A stretch of 64,000 nt of DNA from contig BCKZ01000001.1 of the NCBI GenBank assembly GCA_001600815.1, positions 1,956,804-2,020,803 on the forward strand. Direction: 5' to 3'. The position numbers and the translations under genes are program-made. Position 1 is the stretch's first letter. Each line of letters starts with the position of its first letter. The notes under the pieces were generated by a model that ran no database searches, had not been told where the DNA came from, and saw nothing but the letters and a program-made list of their open reading frames with translations. The DNA is from Alloascoidea hylecoeti (Eukaryota). Shown here piece after piece: positions 54,004-64,000 of the stretch.

Positions 54004-56154
54004 ATGCAAGACGAACAGGAAGCCTTAAACTATGCTCCACCAAAGCTTTCCCCCTCATCTCAAAAAATGGAGTCATCCTGTGTTTGTGTCCCAGAAATCT
54101 CTAAACCTGGAAGAACAAATCCTTTAGGGCGCAAATATAAGTCCTGTGACTACTGTCGATATAGAAAGGTGAAATGTATAACAGATCCAACAAAACCAAA
54201 ATGTCAACATTGTATAATTTGTGATGTCCCTTGTATATTTTCACCGAAGAAGATATCTTCTAAGCGGAGGTTGAAATCTGCCAAAATTGCTGCTATTCTG
54301 AAAATTGGCGATAAGGGTACTGAAGCAAAACAAGAAGACTTGAGTATAAATGTCAATGTTAATGACCTTGAAAACATGACCCCAAATTTTACTACATGTG
54401 CACCTTCCACTCTTTATATTCCGGAAAGTGAAAACAGTTGGAGCACCCAATTGCAAACGAATGAAATCGATGATTCGCCTTTGGAACCCTGCGTTTCCCT
54501 CCCAGATCAAGACACAATAACAAACGCTGCTCTTATATCATTATATTCACAGTATGTCCTAAAGAATACACCGTTTATCCCTATATCAATTCTTTCTGAT
54601 ACAAATATAAACGGATTACTTAGTCCATTAGCTCTAAGTTCTATTTACTTGGCTGTATGCCTTGCTGTTGATGTTCCATTAAAGTCAATCAAATCTGCAA
54701 GAAAATCCTTCTTTGAGAAATTAGAATCGGCCTCGTTAACAACTTTAGATGACCTCACTGTATGTACCATATTGCTGATTCCTCTACGAATTCATATCCC
54801 ATTCGAAATTATACGATTGATTTTATCTCAATTTTCACCCGCATATTTGGAATTGATTAATAGAGATGTATCTTCAATATCACCCGAATTGAAAACAGGA
54901 TTAATTATTGTTGATTCTTGGTTTTCTTGGTCGTATTGTGTTAAACCAATCACTGATTTGGATGTGAATGATTCACAGGTACTTAAGTATTTGGACTCTT
55001 TAGGTGATGTTTTTGCTCCTTTCTTGTTCCGGGGTTCGATATTAATGTATAAAACAATGTTCATTTTCGCAAAATACTTACGAACTCCAGTTAAACTACG
55101 ACCAAAACCAGGCGAAAAGGAATATAGACGATGGAAATATGAACTTTTAAAACTAGAGAATGCTACTTTTATAACTGCTTTATCTGCACCAGCCAGATAT
55201 GTTATTTGCCAAGAAGGAAAAATGGCTGATTTCGGTGCTGTATTTTTACACATTTTATACAATAATATTACTGCCACACAATTTTGTATATGTTTAGCAG
55301 ATCCTTATTTCTCAAAAATGTTGGCAATTACGCCAATTTCCGGATGCATGCATTTTTTAGTTGGACTTATGATGAGCACTTTTAGATATAATTATAGAAT
55401 GACTAAAATAAGTAAAAAGTGGCAAATATTAATAACAAGTCAGGTAATAACTTCAAAACTGTTATGGAAATTATACGAATCTAATGAAGATTTTGTTAAA
55501 ATCCAAAGAGCTCTAGCATTTTGGGAAAAGTATAAAAATGATTTTTCTACTCCATTTGAGGGTGTAATATCTTTAAATCAAGGAGTAGAAGAGAAAGAAG
55601 AATCTAGATCTAAAACCGCTGTATTAAAAAAAAAACTAGTCAATGCTTCATATCCTATTCCTAGCACTGAATTTAACAATCGGAAGCATCGTCATTCGGA
55701 TAGTAGTGGCACGAGGATGTTCTCACAAGGATCAAAAGCATTCACCAGTTATGATTCATTCAATAACAGTATGGTTTCGAACGATGATGAAATATGCATG
55801 CCATCTAATATTGAATATTCACCTTTTAATTTTTCTCCAATTTCAGGAAGAAGTACCCCAACAGTAATTGATATCGATGAAGTTATTGATGTTACGTTAC
55901 CACTTAGCAATGCTCCATTAGGATTTTCATTGTCTAAATTTAAAGAAGACATGCCTGATTCAGATGTCGACATACATATTGAAAAAGAACAATTAAATAA
56001 TATTATAGTCTCGAAAAATGAATTAAAATGGACAAATTTAGCTAGTGTGGAGAATCCTGAGGGCGCTTTAGTATTTTGGATGTTTAGAGATGTTAGATTC
56101 ATGACTACTGAATTGGTATATGGAGACTTAAAAGCTGAGTTTGAAGCACAATAA
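54004..56154 (+). CDS. Zn2Cys6 transcription factor, intronless and of a different subfamily from paralogues A-D
   Basis: SCDYCRYRKVKCITDPTKPKCQHCIICDVPCIF. First ATG at 54004 (alternative 54067). Lacks the GxxRDP and DTxLP motifs of the other four. Confidence 0.88.
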   Translation: MQDEQEALNYAPPKLSPSSQKMESSCVCVPEISKPGRTNPLGRKYKSCDYCRYRKVKCITDPTKPKCQHCIICDVPCIFSPKKISSKRRLKSAKIAAILKIGDKGTEAKQEDLSINVNVNDLENMTPNFTTCAPSTLYIPESENSWSTQLQTNEIDDSPLEPCVSLPDQDTITNAALISLYSQYVLKNTPFIPISILSDTNINGLLSPLALSSIYLAVCLAVDVPLKSIKSARKSFFEKLESASLTTLDDLTVCTILLIPLRIHIPFEIIRLILSQFSPAYLELINRDVSSISPELKTGLIIVDSWFSWSYCVKPITDLDVNDSQVLKYLDSLGDVFAPFLFRGSILMYKTMFIFAKYLRTPVKLRPKPGEKEYRRWKYELLKLENATFITALSAPARYVICQEGKMADFGAVFLHILYNNITATQFCICLADPYFSKMLAITPISGCMHFLVGLMMSTFRYNYRMTKISKKWQILITSQVITSKLLWKLYESNEDFVKIQRALAFWEKYKNDFSTPFEGVISLNQGVEEKEESRSKTAVLKKKLVNASYPIPSTEFNNRKHRHSDSSGTRMFSQGSKAFTSYDSFNNSMVSNDDEICMPSNIEYSPFNFSPISGRSTPTVIDIDEVIDVTLPLSNAPLGFSLSKFKEDMPDSDVDIHIEKEQLNNIIVSKNELKWTNLASVENPEGALVFWMFRDVRFMTTELVYGDLKAEFEAQ

Positions 56155-57707
56155 TATATAATTTATTTGTACAAGAGAAGTACAACAGAAAAAGAGAATG
56201 CCCATGAAAATGAGCGGAGTGATCCTAAATTTAAGTTATTATTATTATACCAGCTGGATGTTGGATTTTTTTCTTTGTTTTGAGTTCCTTAAACTTTCTC
56301 TGTAACCAGGCAAATGTCACCACCCGCTATTAAAATATTGAACATGAAAGAGTTGAGCATGAATTCTAAGATACGAGAATATACGATGTTCCATAATATG
56401 TACGGTGGTTACGTTTTTTCTTCTTTTGCTTCATTTGACAGTATGTTTTCTCTAAATTAGAATTTAAGCTTCAATTGGTGAAAAGATATACATGTATCTT
56501 AGAAGAAATTATCAGTATATGACAAATATATTTCTGCACCTGCACGAAATATTTGGTAATGTTGAGTAAATAGAAAGCGCACAATTTTTTAGTCCCAGAA
56601 TTTTTGTTATAATAATGATTGATCTCTAGCATAGTTGATAACGACAGGATATTACGTTATATTAATTTTTTTTTTTTATTTATTATAAGATATGAGAATA
56701 AACCTAAAGTCAATCATTAATGTAACGAAATCATGACCAAACCCATTGAAGAATTATACATTTTCTGTTGAGTATCTACCCAACGTTAGTCATACCGATC
56801 ACTCATACTTAGAGCAGGATCCCACAGAAGTAATCTTGTCATTTCAAATCATTTTTTTTAGTATACCAAAAAAATCTTATCTGCTGGTGATGGTTGAAAT
56901 TAATATTAGAAACACAATATAGATATATACTGACTATCAGTGACTAATAAGGAATACTATTATTTGACACCGATTAAGTACCACAGGATATACGGTACAG
57001 AGGAATTTGGAAGCTCAAACTATATGTAATTATAGAATCCAGTTAACTAATATCTTCCAGTGAATTGTTATTTGTTACTTCATGTGACGAAATCATTTTG
57101 TAGGTTTGCGTGACTTCACTAAGTTCACTGTATCGCGGTTATAGGTGGACGACTTAACTGTAACCTGTGTATCCGGAGAAACTATAAGAAATAAGACAAA
57201 AAAGGAGGTGTGTTCAAGATCAAAAAAGTCAGTATATTATACCATAGCTATAAGATCTTATACTATATTTTGCAGGGCTGACCTTACTTCGGCTTTCTGT
57301 TCCCAAGTTTTCTGTTTCAAGGTTCCAATATTAATCGAATTCGGGAAGATTTTAATTCAGAATGCTATATATTAATTGGATAACTTAAGGTTATATAACA
57401 TATAATCACGCATTTAAGCTGTTTAAAAAGAAAGCCAAATACTCATTCCCATTTCTGAAGCACTTCATAACGTATGTAGGTCTCACCTGTAGTACACACT
57501 TGCAAAACTCCACACTAGAACTTGTTTTTATTCAAGACACATAAGATATATAATTGTGAAGTAATATTAAACAATTGTAGTTATATAAAAATCTAAAGAT
57601 TATCTTTGAAAAAAAGTGCTGCTGACAATTGTAAGCTCTGTGCGTGGCATCAAAAAAATTTAAATTTGGCGATCCTGCAGGTGCCGTATGCATTGTAGAT
57701 ATAAATC

Positions 57708-57715
57708 TGACGTCA
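57708..57715. promoter_or_regulatory. CRE (ATF/CREB) site upstream of MXR1
   Basis: Perfect TGACGTCA about 60 bp before the ATG. Confidence 0.4.
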
Positions 57716-57776
57716 AATTTTTGTTTTTTCATCACATCCCATTATTCGTTTTTCGTACAATTCCATAAGTTGAAAA

Positions 57777-58364
57777 ATGGTCCTTAAGCTTTCAGATATT
57801 TCCCCAACTACTACTAGAATATCCAAATCATTAAAAGTTATACTACCAAATCATGGCATATTAACAGTAGGTGGAGGCTGTTTTTGGGGGTTGGAACATC
57901 TTTTCAGGCAATACTACAGTGATGGCAAAGGTTTAATTGATGCCAGAGTTGGATACTCAAATGGTAAAACACCTTCTCCAACTTACTATGACTTGAAAAC
58001 AGATACTACGGGACATACGGAAGCACTTCAAGTGGTTTTCGATTCAACAATTGTTAGTTATAAAACCCTAATTGATTTCTTTATGAGAATTCATGATCCA
58101 ACAACTCTTAATAGCCAAGGACCAGATATCGGAAGTCAGTATCGATCAGCTATCTTTGTACACAGCCAAGAACAATATACAATAGCAAATCAGGTAAAGG
58201 AGAGTATTAATAAGACTTTTTATCCGAATCAAAAAATTGTGACAATTATTGAGCCAATTACAGCTTTCTGGGACGCAGAGGAATATCATCAATTATATTT
58301 AACGAAAAACCCATCTGGCTATGAATGTCCTTCTCATTATCTGAGGTCAAAACCTCGGGCTTGA
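57777..58364 (+). CDS. MXR1: Peptide methionine-S-sulfoxide reductase MsrA
   Basis: GGGCFWG catalytic motif, TGHTEALQV, HDPTTLNSQGPDIGSQYRSAIF, DAEEYHQLYL, GYECPSH. Confidence 0.96.
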   Translation: MVLKLSDISPTTTRISKSLKVILPNHGILTVGGGCFWGLEHLFRQYYSDGKGLIDARVGYSNGKTPSPTYYDLKTDTTGHTEALQVVFDSTIVSYKTLIDFFMRIHDPTTLNSQGPDIGSQYRSAIFVHSQEQYTIANQVKESINKTFYPNQKIVTIIEPITAFWDAEEYHQLYLTKNPSGYECPSHYLRSKPRA

Positions 58365-59228
58365 TTATTTTTTACAATATATAATGAACTATTGCTTTAC
58401 TTTTCTTGGATCACTCATAATGAGGTTATTTTTATTTTTTTATTTTTTTCGTTCTCCCTTTAAAACTTGCAAACTTCTAAGGTCTTATAGATTATACAAT
58501 AAATTTTCCCTCTCTTGAAAAATACTTCACCTGGTCATGGTAACTAAAACACTTTCAAATAATTATATAGGATCTTATATATAACTTATGTAATCGAAAT
58601 TCCATAAAATATAGTGCCAGTTTTAATCGATAGCTTATAAAACTGTACAATTATAAATTTTGTTCTTTAAATAAATTGGCTCATTTCTTCTCAATTTGTA
58701 TTTTTACTTTCCAGATTTTCAATGCAATGATCAAATAATAAAATGTTTAAGTAATAATTATTACAAATGAGTGAAAATTGGGAAGTTAATATATACCATC
58801 TTTTCTCAGTTTCTCACTGACATCATTTATGCAAATCTGTAAAAATATGCTTCAAAAAAGGTTTGTTATAGTAGTAAAGGATTAAAAATGTATATACTAA
58901 ACCATGAGCTTCTACTATAAGACTGAGAAGATATCAGCAGAAGGTGTATCAATAGGTTTACGCTTTTTTTTTTTTAACTTTTCATATATTTTCCAATTAA
59001 ATTATATAACTAGAAACTATGTAAATTCTGAAGAAATCTCTACTATATATAGTGAAATAAAAACCTCTCTTTCTATTCTTCTTATTTTTGTGTGTTCTTG
59101 ACACTCTTCTTTCTTCCCTTCTTATGTACCTAGACCACCTTTAAAGTAATTTTTTTTTATTTTTTAAGCTTTTGTTGTATTAGTGTGTGTGCTCCAGAAG
59201 TGGATGATCTTGCGACTACGCATATTAG

Positions 59229-59302
59229 GACTTCGTGGCCAAGCTGGTTAAGGCGTGCGACTGTTAATCGCAAGATCGAGAGTTCAATCCTCTCCGAGGT
59301 CG
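59229..59302 (+). tRNA. tRNA-Asn (GUU), intronless
   Basis: Acceptor stem GACTTCG/CGAGGTC, D-arm with A-box TGGCCAAGCTGG, anticodon arm TGCGA-CTGTTAA-TCGCA (GTT at 59253-59255), T-arm GAGAG-TTCAATC-CTCTC. Confidence 0.97.
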
Positions 59303-59309
59303 TTTTTTT
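59303..59309 (+). terminator. RNA polymerase III T-tract terminator
   Basis: T7 immediately after the tRNA gene. Confidence 0.85.
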
Positions 59310-59583
59310 GCAATTTTTCAGATCCAGAATTAATCTGGCCCTCCGTGGCAGTAATTACATCTCTTGTGTCTCAAACTTAAGCTAACTGGTTATAATAAAT
59401 ATATTAATGGAAGTGTTAAACTCTCATTTTTGCGTTGTTAACTTGAGAATACCTTTGTTTTTTGTGTCCTCAAAATTCATATGCATAGGATAATTATTAT
59501 TACTTATTTTGAAAAATTCTAACATCACAACCACCAAAACCAAAACCAAACCCAAACCCAAAAAAGACAGTTACAACTACAGG

Positions 59584-60675
59584 ATGGCCGAGGAAATTGC
59601 CACCGAAGAAACAAACAACGAGGAACTATCATTAAATGAAGAAACAGAAGAAGAATTACTATCAAGGCATCGGAAGGAATCAAAAGAACTTGCTACACAG
59701 ATCACATCATTGAGGAAACAAGTTACAAAGGGTGAAAAGAAGAAGAAGAAAGAAATCAATCAAAAATGTGAGGATTTAAAATGGCAATTAAAACAGAAAC
59801 ATGAAAAAGAATTAAAAGAATTAAAAGTATGTATTTTGTTGCAATAATAAACTATGAGTGTAAATGTTAATAAGATTTTATATCAGGCTCATTTAAAGAA
59901 TTCTTCTGCTATTGATAATAATTTAGAAGCAGAAAAATCGGAAGATGATGAGCTCACACCGGAGAAACTATTAGCCTATCTTTCATTGGACGATGAAGAG
60001 GTCGAGAAACCTCAGGAGCCTATAAATTCACAAGGACCAAGTCGGGGTAAAAAGAAGAACAGAGCAAAGTCACGAATACAAAAGAGAGATAAAGCAATAA
60101 AAGAGGCTCAAGAGAAGGCTGCTTTAGAAGCTGCTGAACAACCTGACTATCGGAAAATGGAAATGGAGAATATCACCAGTAGGTGTGATCTTCAAAATTT
60201 GGCCCAATATGATGTAAGTTTATATTCATTTAAACGCAATATAAAACCTATCATATATCTAACCTCTATATAACAGATCAAACCAGATGGACATTGTTTA
60301 TTTGCATCTATAGCAGATCAATTAAAACAACGACAGGATCTTGATTTTACTATTCAAGAATTACGAACGAAAGCAGCTCAATATATATTAAGAGAACCAG
60401 ATACATTTTCACCTTTTTTATTCGATGAAACTACAATGACAATCAAAGATATTGCTGATTATTGTAAAGAATTGGAAACAACTCCTATATGGGGTGGTGA
60501 TTTAGAGATTTTAGCACTTGCAAAAAATTTTAATTGTCCAATATCTGTGATGATGAGTGGACGTGCAAATCTTGTGATGAATGAAGAAGGTTCAAATCCA
60601 GAATTGAAATTAGTATATTATAAGCATAATTATGGACTCGGAGAGCATTACAATTCATTAAGAGATAAAATTTAG
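59584..60675 (+). CDS. OTU2: OTU-domain deubiquitinase Otu2, ~322 aa
   Basis: join(59584..59826,59887..60213,60277..60675). RHRKESKEL coiled N-terminus. Splicing restores YD|IKPDGHCLFASIADQL; also WGGDLEILAL and YGLGEHYNSL. Confidence 0.94.
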
Positions 60676-60777
60676 TAATATAAAAAATTTATATAGTGAG
60701 ACTATTAATTTATTTTGTGAACTCAGTAGTTAGGTTGTGTTTGGTGTTTCTTACACCTTTAATATTCTCATCAAATT

Positions 60778-62389
60778 ATGTCTCTTCGAATTCTCCACCC
60801 GAGCAAGGAGGTTCTATTAAAGAACTCGATGAGTTCTAAGATATGTAGGTCACAAACGAACAGTCTAGTATTCTTCAGAACAATGGCCGTTAAAAAGGCA
60901 AAAGGAAAGAAAAATGTTCCTCTCGCACCAACATATCTAGGAAGATTTAGTAACAACCTTTCAGTAAGTAATCATTAAATATCATATTACCAATTGACAA
61001 TATGTTATATACATGTATAATTATTAACTTCATCGAATCTAAAGGCAGGTATTGTGGGTTTAGCGAACGTAGGAAAATCTACTTTTTTTCAAGCAATAAC
61101 GAATTCTACACTGGGAAATGTATGTTTTTTGACACTCTAAATATAGATTTAAATTGATTTCATTTTAAATTAACTTCAGATTAAAGCCTGCTAATTATCC
61201 ATTTGCAACTATTGATCCCGAAGTTTCAAAAGTGGGTGTTCCATCAAAAACTCTTGATCATCTTACAAATTTATATAAATCTGCAAAAAAACTAAATGCA
61301 CTCTTAACTATTTATGATATAGCTGGATTAACCCGTGGTGCATCTCGTGGAGAAGGATTAGGAAATCAATTCCTTAATGATATTAGACAAGTTGATGGGA
61401 TATTTCAACTAGTACGCGCTTTTGAAAATGATGAGATTATTCATATCGAAGGAAATGTTGATCCAGTTAGAGATTTGGAAATCATATTTGATGAATTGTT
61501 ATTAAAAGATATGGAATTTGCTGAAGGAATTATTGAAAAATTAACAAAGAAAAAAAAATTCGACTCTATAAAGCAAAACGATCCTCATGCTTTAACAACT
61601 GAATTAAATATTATTGAGAAAGCATTAAAATTAATGGAAGAAAATAAAAGAATTGCTTCGTTTGAATGGAGTGGAGAAGAAATTTCTATTCTAAATAAAC
61701 ATAATTTCTTAACATCTAAACCAATTGTTTATCTGCTTAATGTAACTCAAAATGATTATATTAATCAGACCAATAAATTTCTTCCAGATATTAAAAAATG
61801 GATAAAGGAAAACTCTCCTAGTGAATACAAAAAGGAATCTGTTGTGCTATTTTCTGCTTCTCTTGAAACAAAATTAAATGAATTAGATGAAGACGAAAGA
61901 AAATCATATGAAGATAAAATTGGAGCTGGTAGTTCATTTCCAATAATTGTAAATAAAATGAGAGAAAGTTTACATCTTATAAGCTTTTATACTTGTGGTC
62001 CAATAGAAGCTAGACAGTGGATGATCAGAGAAGGTTCAACAGCACCTCAGGCAGCTGGGGTAATTCATTCAAGTAAGACCTATTTTGAAAATTCCGTTAT
62101 TGATTTTCTTATTTATAATTCTAATCGTTTATCATAAATATAGCCCTCGAAGATACCTTCATTTCAGCCGATGTGATTAAATATGATGATTTGAAACCGC
62201 TTAAGACATTTGATGAGGCAAAGTTCAAATCGACTGGGAAGGTGAGAAAGACAGGGAAAACTTATAATGTAGAAGATGGAGACATTATTTTGTTTAAGGT
62301 ATGTACTGATTATAAGTGAAGACCAAGGAAAGTAATGGAAAACTAATACCTTTTTTAACATATAGGCTGCTGGCGCCAAAGCAAGATAA
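60778..62389 (+). CDS. YLF2: YchF/Obg-like NTPase, Ylf2-type with presequence-like N-terminus, ~441 aa
   Basis: join(60778..60963,61045..61119,61187..62072,62144..62298,62366..62389). GIVGLANVGKSTFFQAITNS, NPANYPFATIDP, TIYDIAGLTRGASRGEGLGNQFLNDIR, and TGS domain TAPQAAGVIHS...VEDGDIILFK. Confidence 0.9.
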
Positions 62390-64000
62390 GCTTAGGTGTT
62401 ATCATCAACGTTAAGAAAGGTTATCCCTCGAATGTATATAGAATTAATTAAGTCAATATTCTTGACTGTGAGTTTTCGTTTATAGACTAGTAACTTTACA
62501 TTATACAGCTACTACGATTATTCCGGCTCAATTTAGTTCTGGTATCTCTCATAGCATAATATATTGATTATCCTTCCCGGATTATCCACTACTTTTGAGA
62601 AGGCTAAAGATTATAATATTTATAAGCTGTATCTAATGCTATCTATAAGGCCTAGGTAGATCAGCATATTATACATTCTAGATCATCCAGTAAATACTGG
62701 ACAAATGAAATAAAAGTAATAGACTGACAATCATATATTAAATTAACACTATGTATACCTAAGTTCCATATTGATTATGAATAGCAATGAACTAAATAAT
62801 TATAATGTTAGATTATATTCAAAGTAAGCTTCAATAACCCTTAAGCATTTGATATTGTCATATATCAGAGTAATAAACTGTTGTTCTCATTAGGAAATAA
62901 TCGACGAGCTGGGTTTAATAGCGTGAGTCGTTAAGACTCAAATATCATCATTATGACAATAGCAAATTTGGAGAGTTTAATGATTAAAAACCAACTTACA
63001 TTATCAGTACTGAAACTAAAATTTTTTTAATGTTTTTCTTGCTCAATTAAGTGAATTGGGGGTGAAATTTTTCTTTTAGAAGGGAAGTGTCATTATCCGG
63101 GTAAATAATATAAAGTTAGGGCTTCCAAAATTCAAGGAGCAATTTTGTCTGCATAATGCCAGAAAGCTCTAAATATGGAATCCAAAAGCTACAAGTTTGT
63201 AGCTATAAGGTTTTCATATTAACGGTTCCATTAGCACTCGACAATAAATAGTTGCTGTAATTAACGGGTCCACACTGTTACAGTTGCTAGTTATGTAAGC
63301 GTCTCCCTGACTTAAATAAGAATATAATTAACTAATAATATATTAATATAAATTCTAGATCACATATCATTGGTTATCCCATTAATTGAGAAGATTTTAA
63401 TCTTTTGTTTATTGTTCATAATTTAATTGCGATGCAACTTATAAGTTACAATGACATGATTCATGTCATGATGTGGATCGAAGAAGATTAAGATGATTCA
63501 ATGATTCATATCCTTGGACCTTGACTCATATACCCGCGACTGGCGCGGCAGTGGTGCCTAAGATAATAATTATAAATATACTAGATAGAATCGGCAGTGC
63601 ATAATTCTCCCACTTCCGTTATAAAAACGAATACGGGTTATTATGCATGGTACTACGTATATACAAGTCTATATATGTGCCTGGATGGAGGGTTTATCTG
63701 GATATATATATATGTGTAAAATGCCTTAAGAATGAAGGGAGTTATTCTCTCAGGAGTTCTTCTCCATTTTAACTGAAATTATAATGTATTATTAGTATAC
63801 ATAAAGTAATCTCAATTTCTATTGGGCTTGAAACAATAAATATAAGCGCTTAGCTTAAACAGAGAATAATGGTAAATTTAAATCTAACATAACCATTCTG
63901 TCGAAGATTAGACTCCAAATCAAAACATTTTGGGCAACTTTAGTAATGTTTTTCATTGCAATTGACGTGAAACAAAAATAGAATAAAATTTTGCAACTAA

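Noticed and set aside
59185..59385. 66-aa ORF
   Set aside because: It overlaps the tRNA-Asn gene and is spurious.

Overview
AT-rich, intron-containing fungal chromosome segment, most likely a budding yeast (Saccharomycotina) that reads CUG as Leu. About 15 intact protein genes lie in 64 kb. Four paralogous Zn2Cys6 transcription factors share one intron position and converge on ATP-citrate lyase subunit 2 (ACL2). The other genes are a Sko1/Atf1-type bZIP, a WD40-cyclophilin, a ferric reductase, ATP20, SPA2, a short SPA2-derived gene with a predicted membrane anchor, a fifth Zn2Cys6 factor, MXR1/MsrA, OTU2 and YLF2. There is also a tRNA-Asn(GUU) gene and an Old Yellow Enzyme pseudogene. Long intergenic tracts hold transposon debris: a Ty3/Gypsy RT relic, a Tc1 DD34E transposase relic, and three small elements with terminal inverted repeats (8-bp TSD hAT-type, TA-flanked Tc1/pogo-type, CAC-ended with 3-bp TSD). 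The best leads are the membrane-anchored SHD-only Spa2 paralogue, the four-TF array around ACL2, a rod-like RNA structure in the ATP20 intron, a CGG-rich foldback element in a Zn-cluster gene promoter, and a possible RIP-like C-to-T signature. All gene models were spliced by eye and no database search was run.
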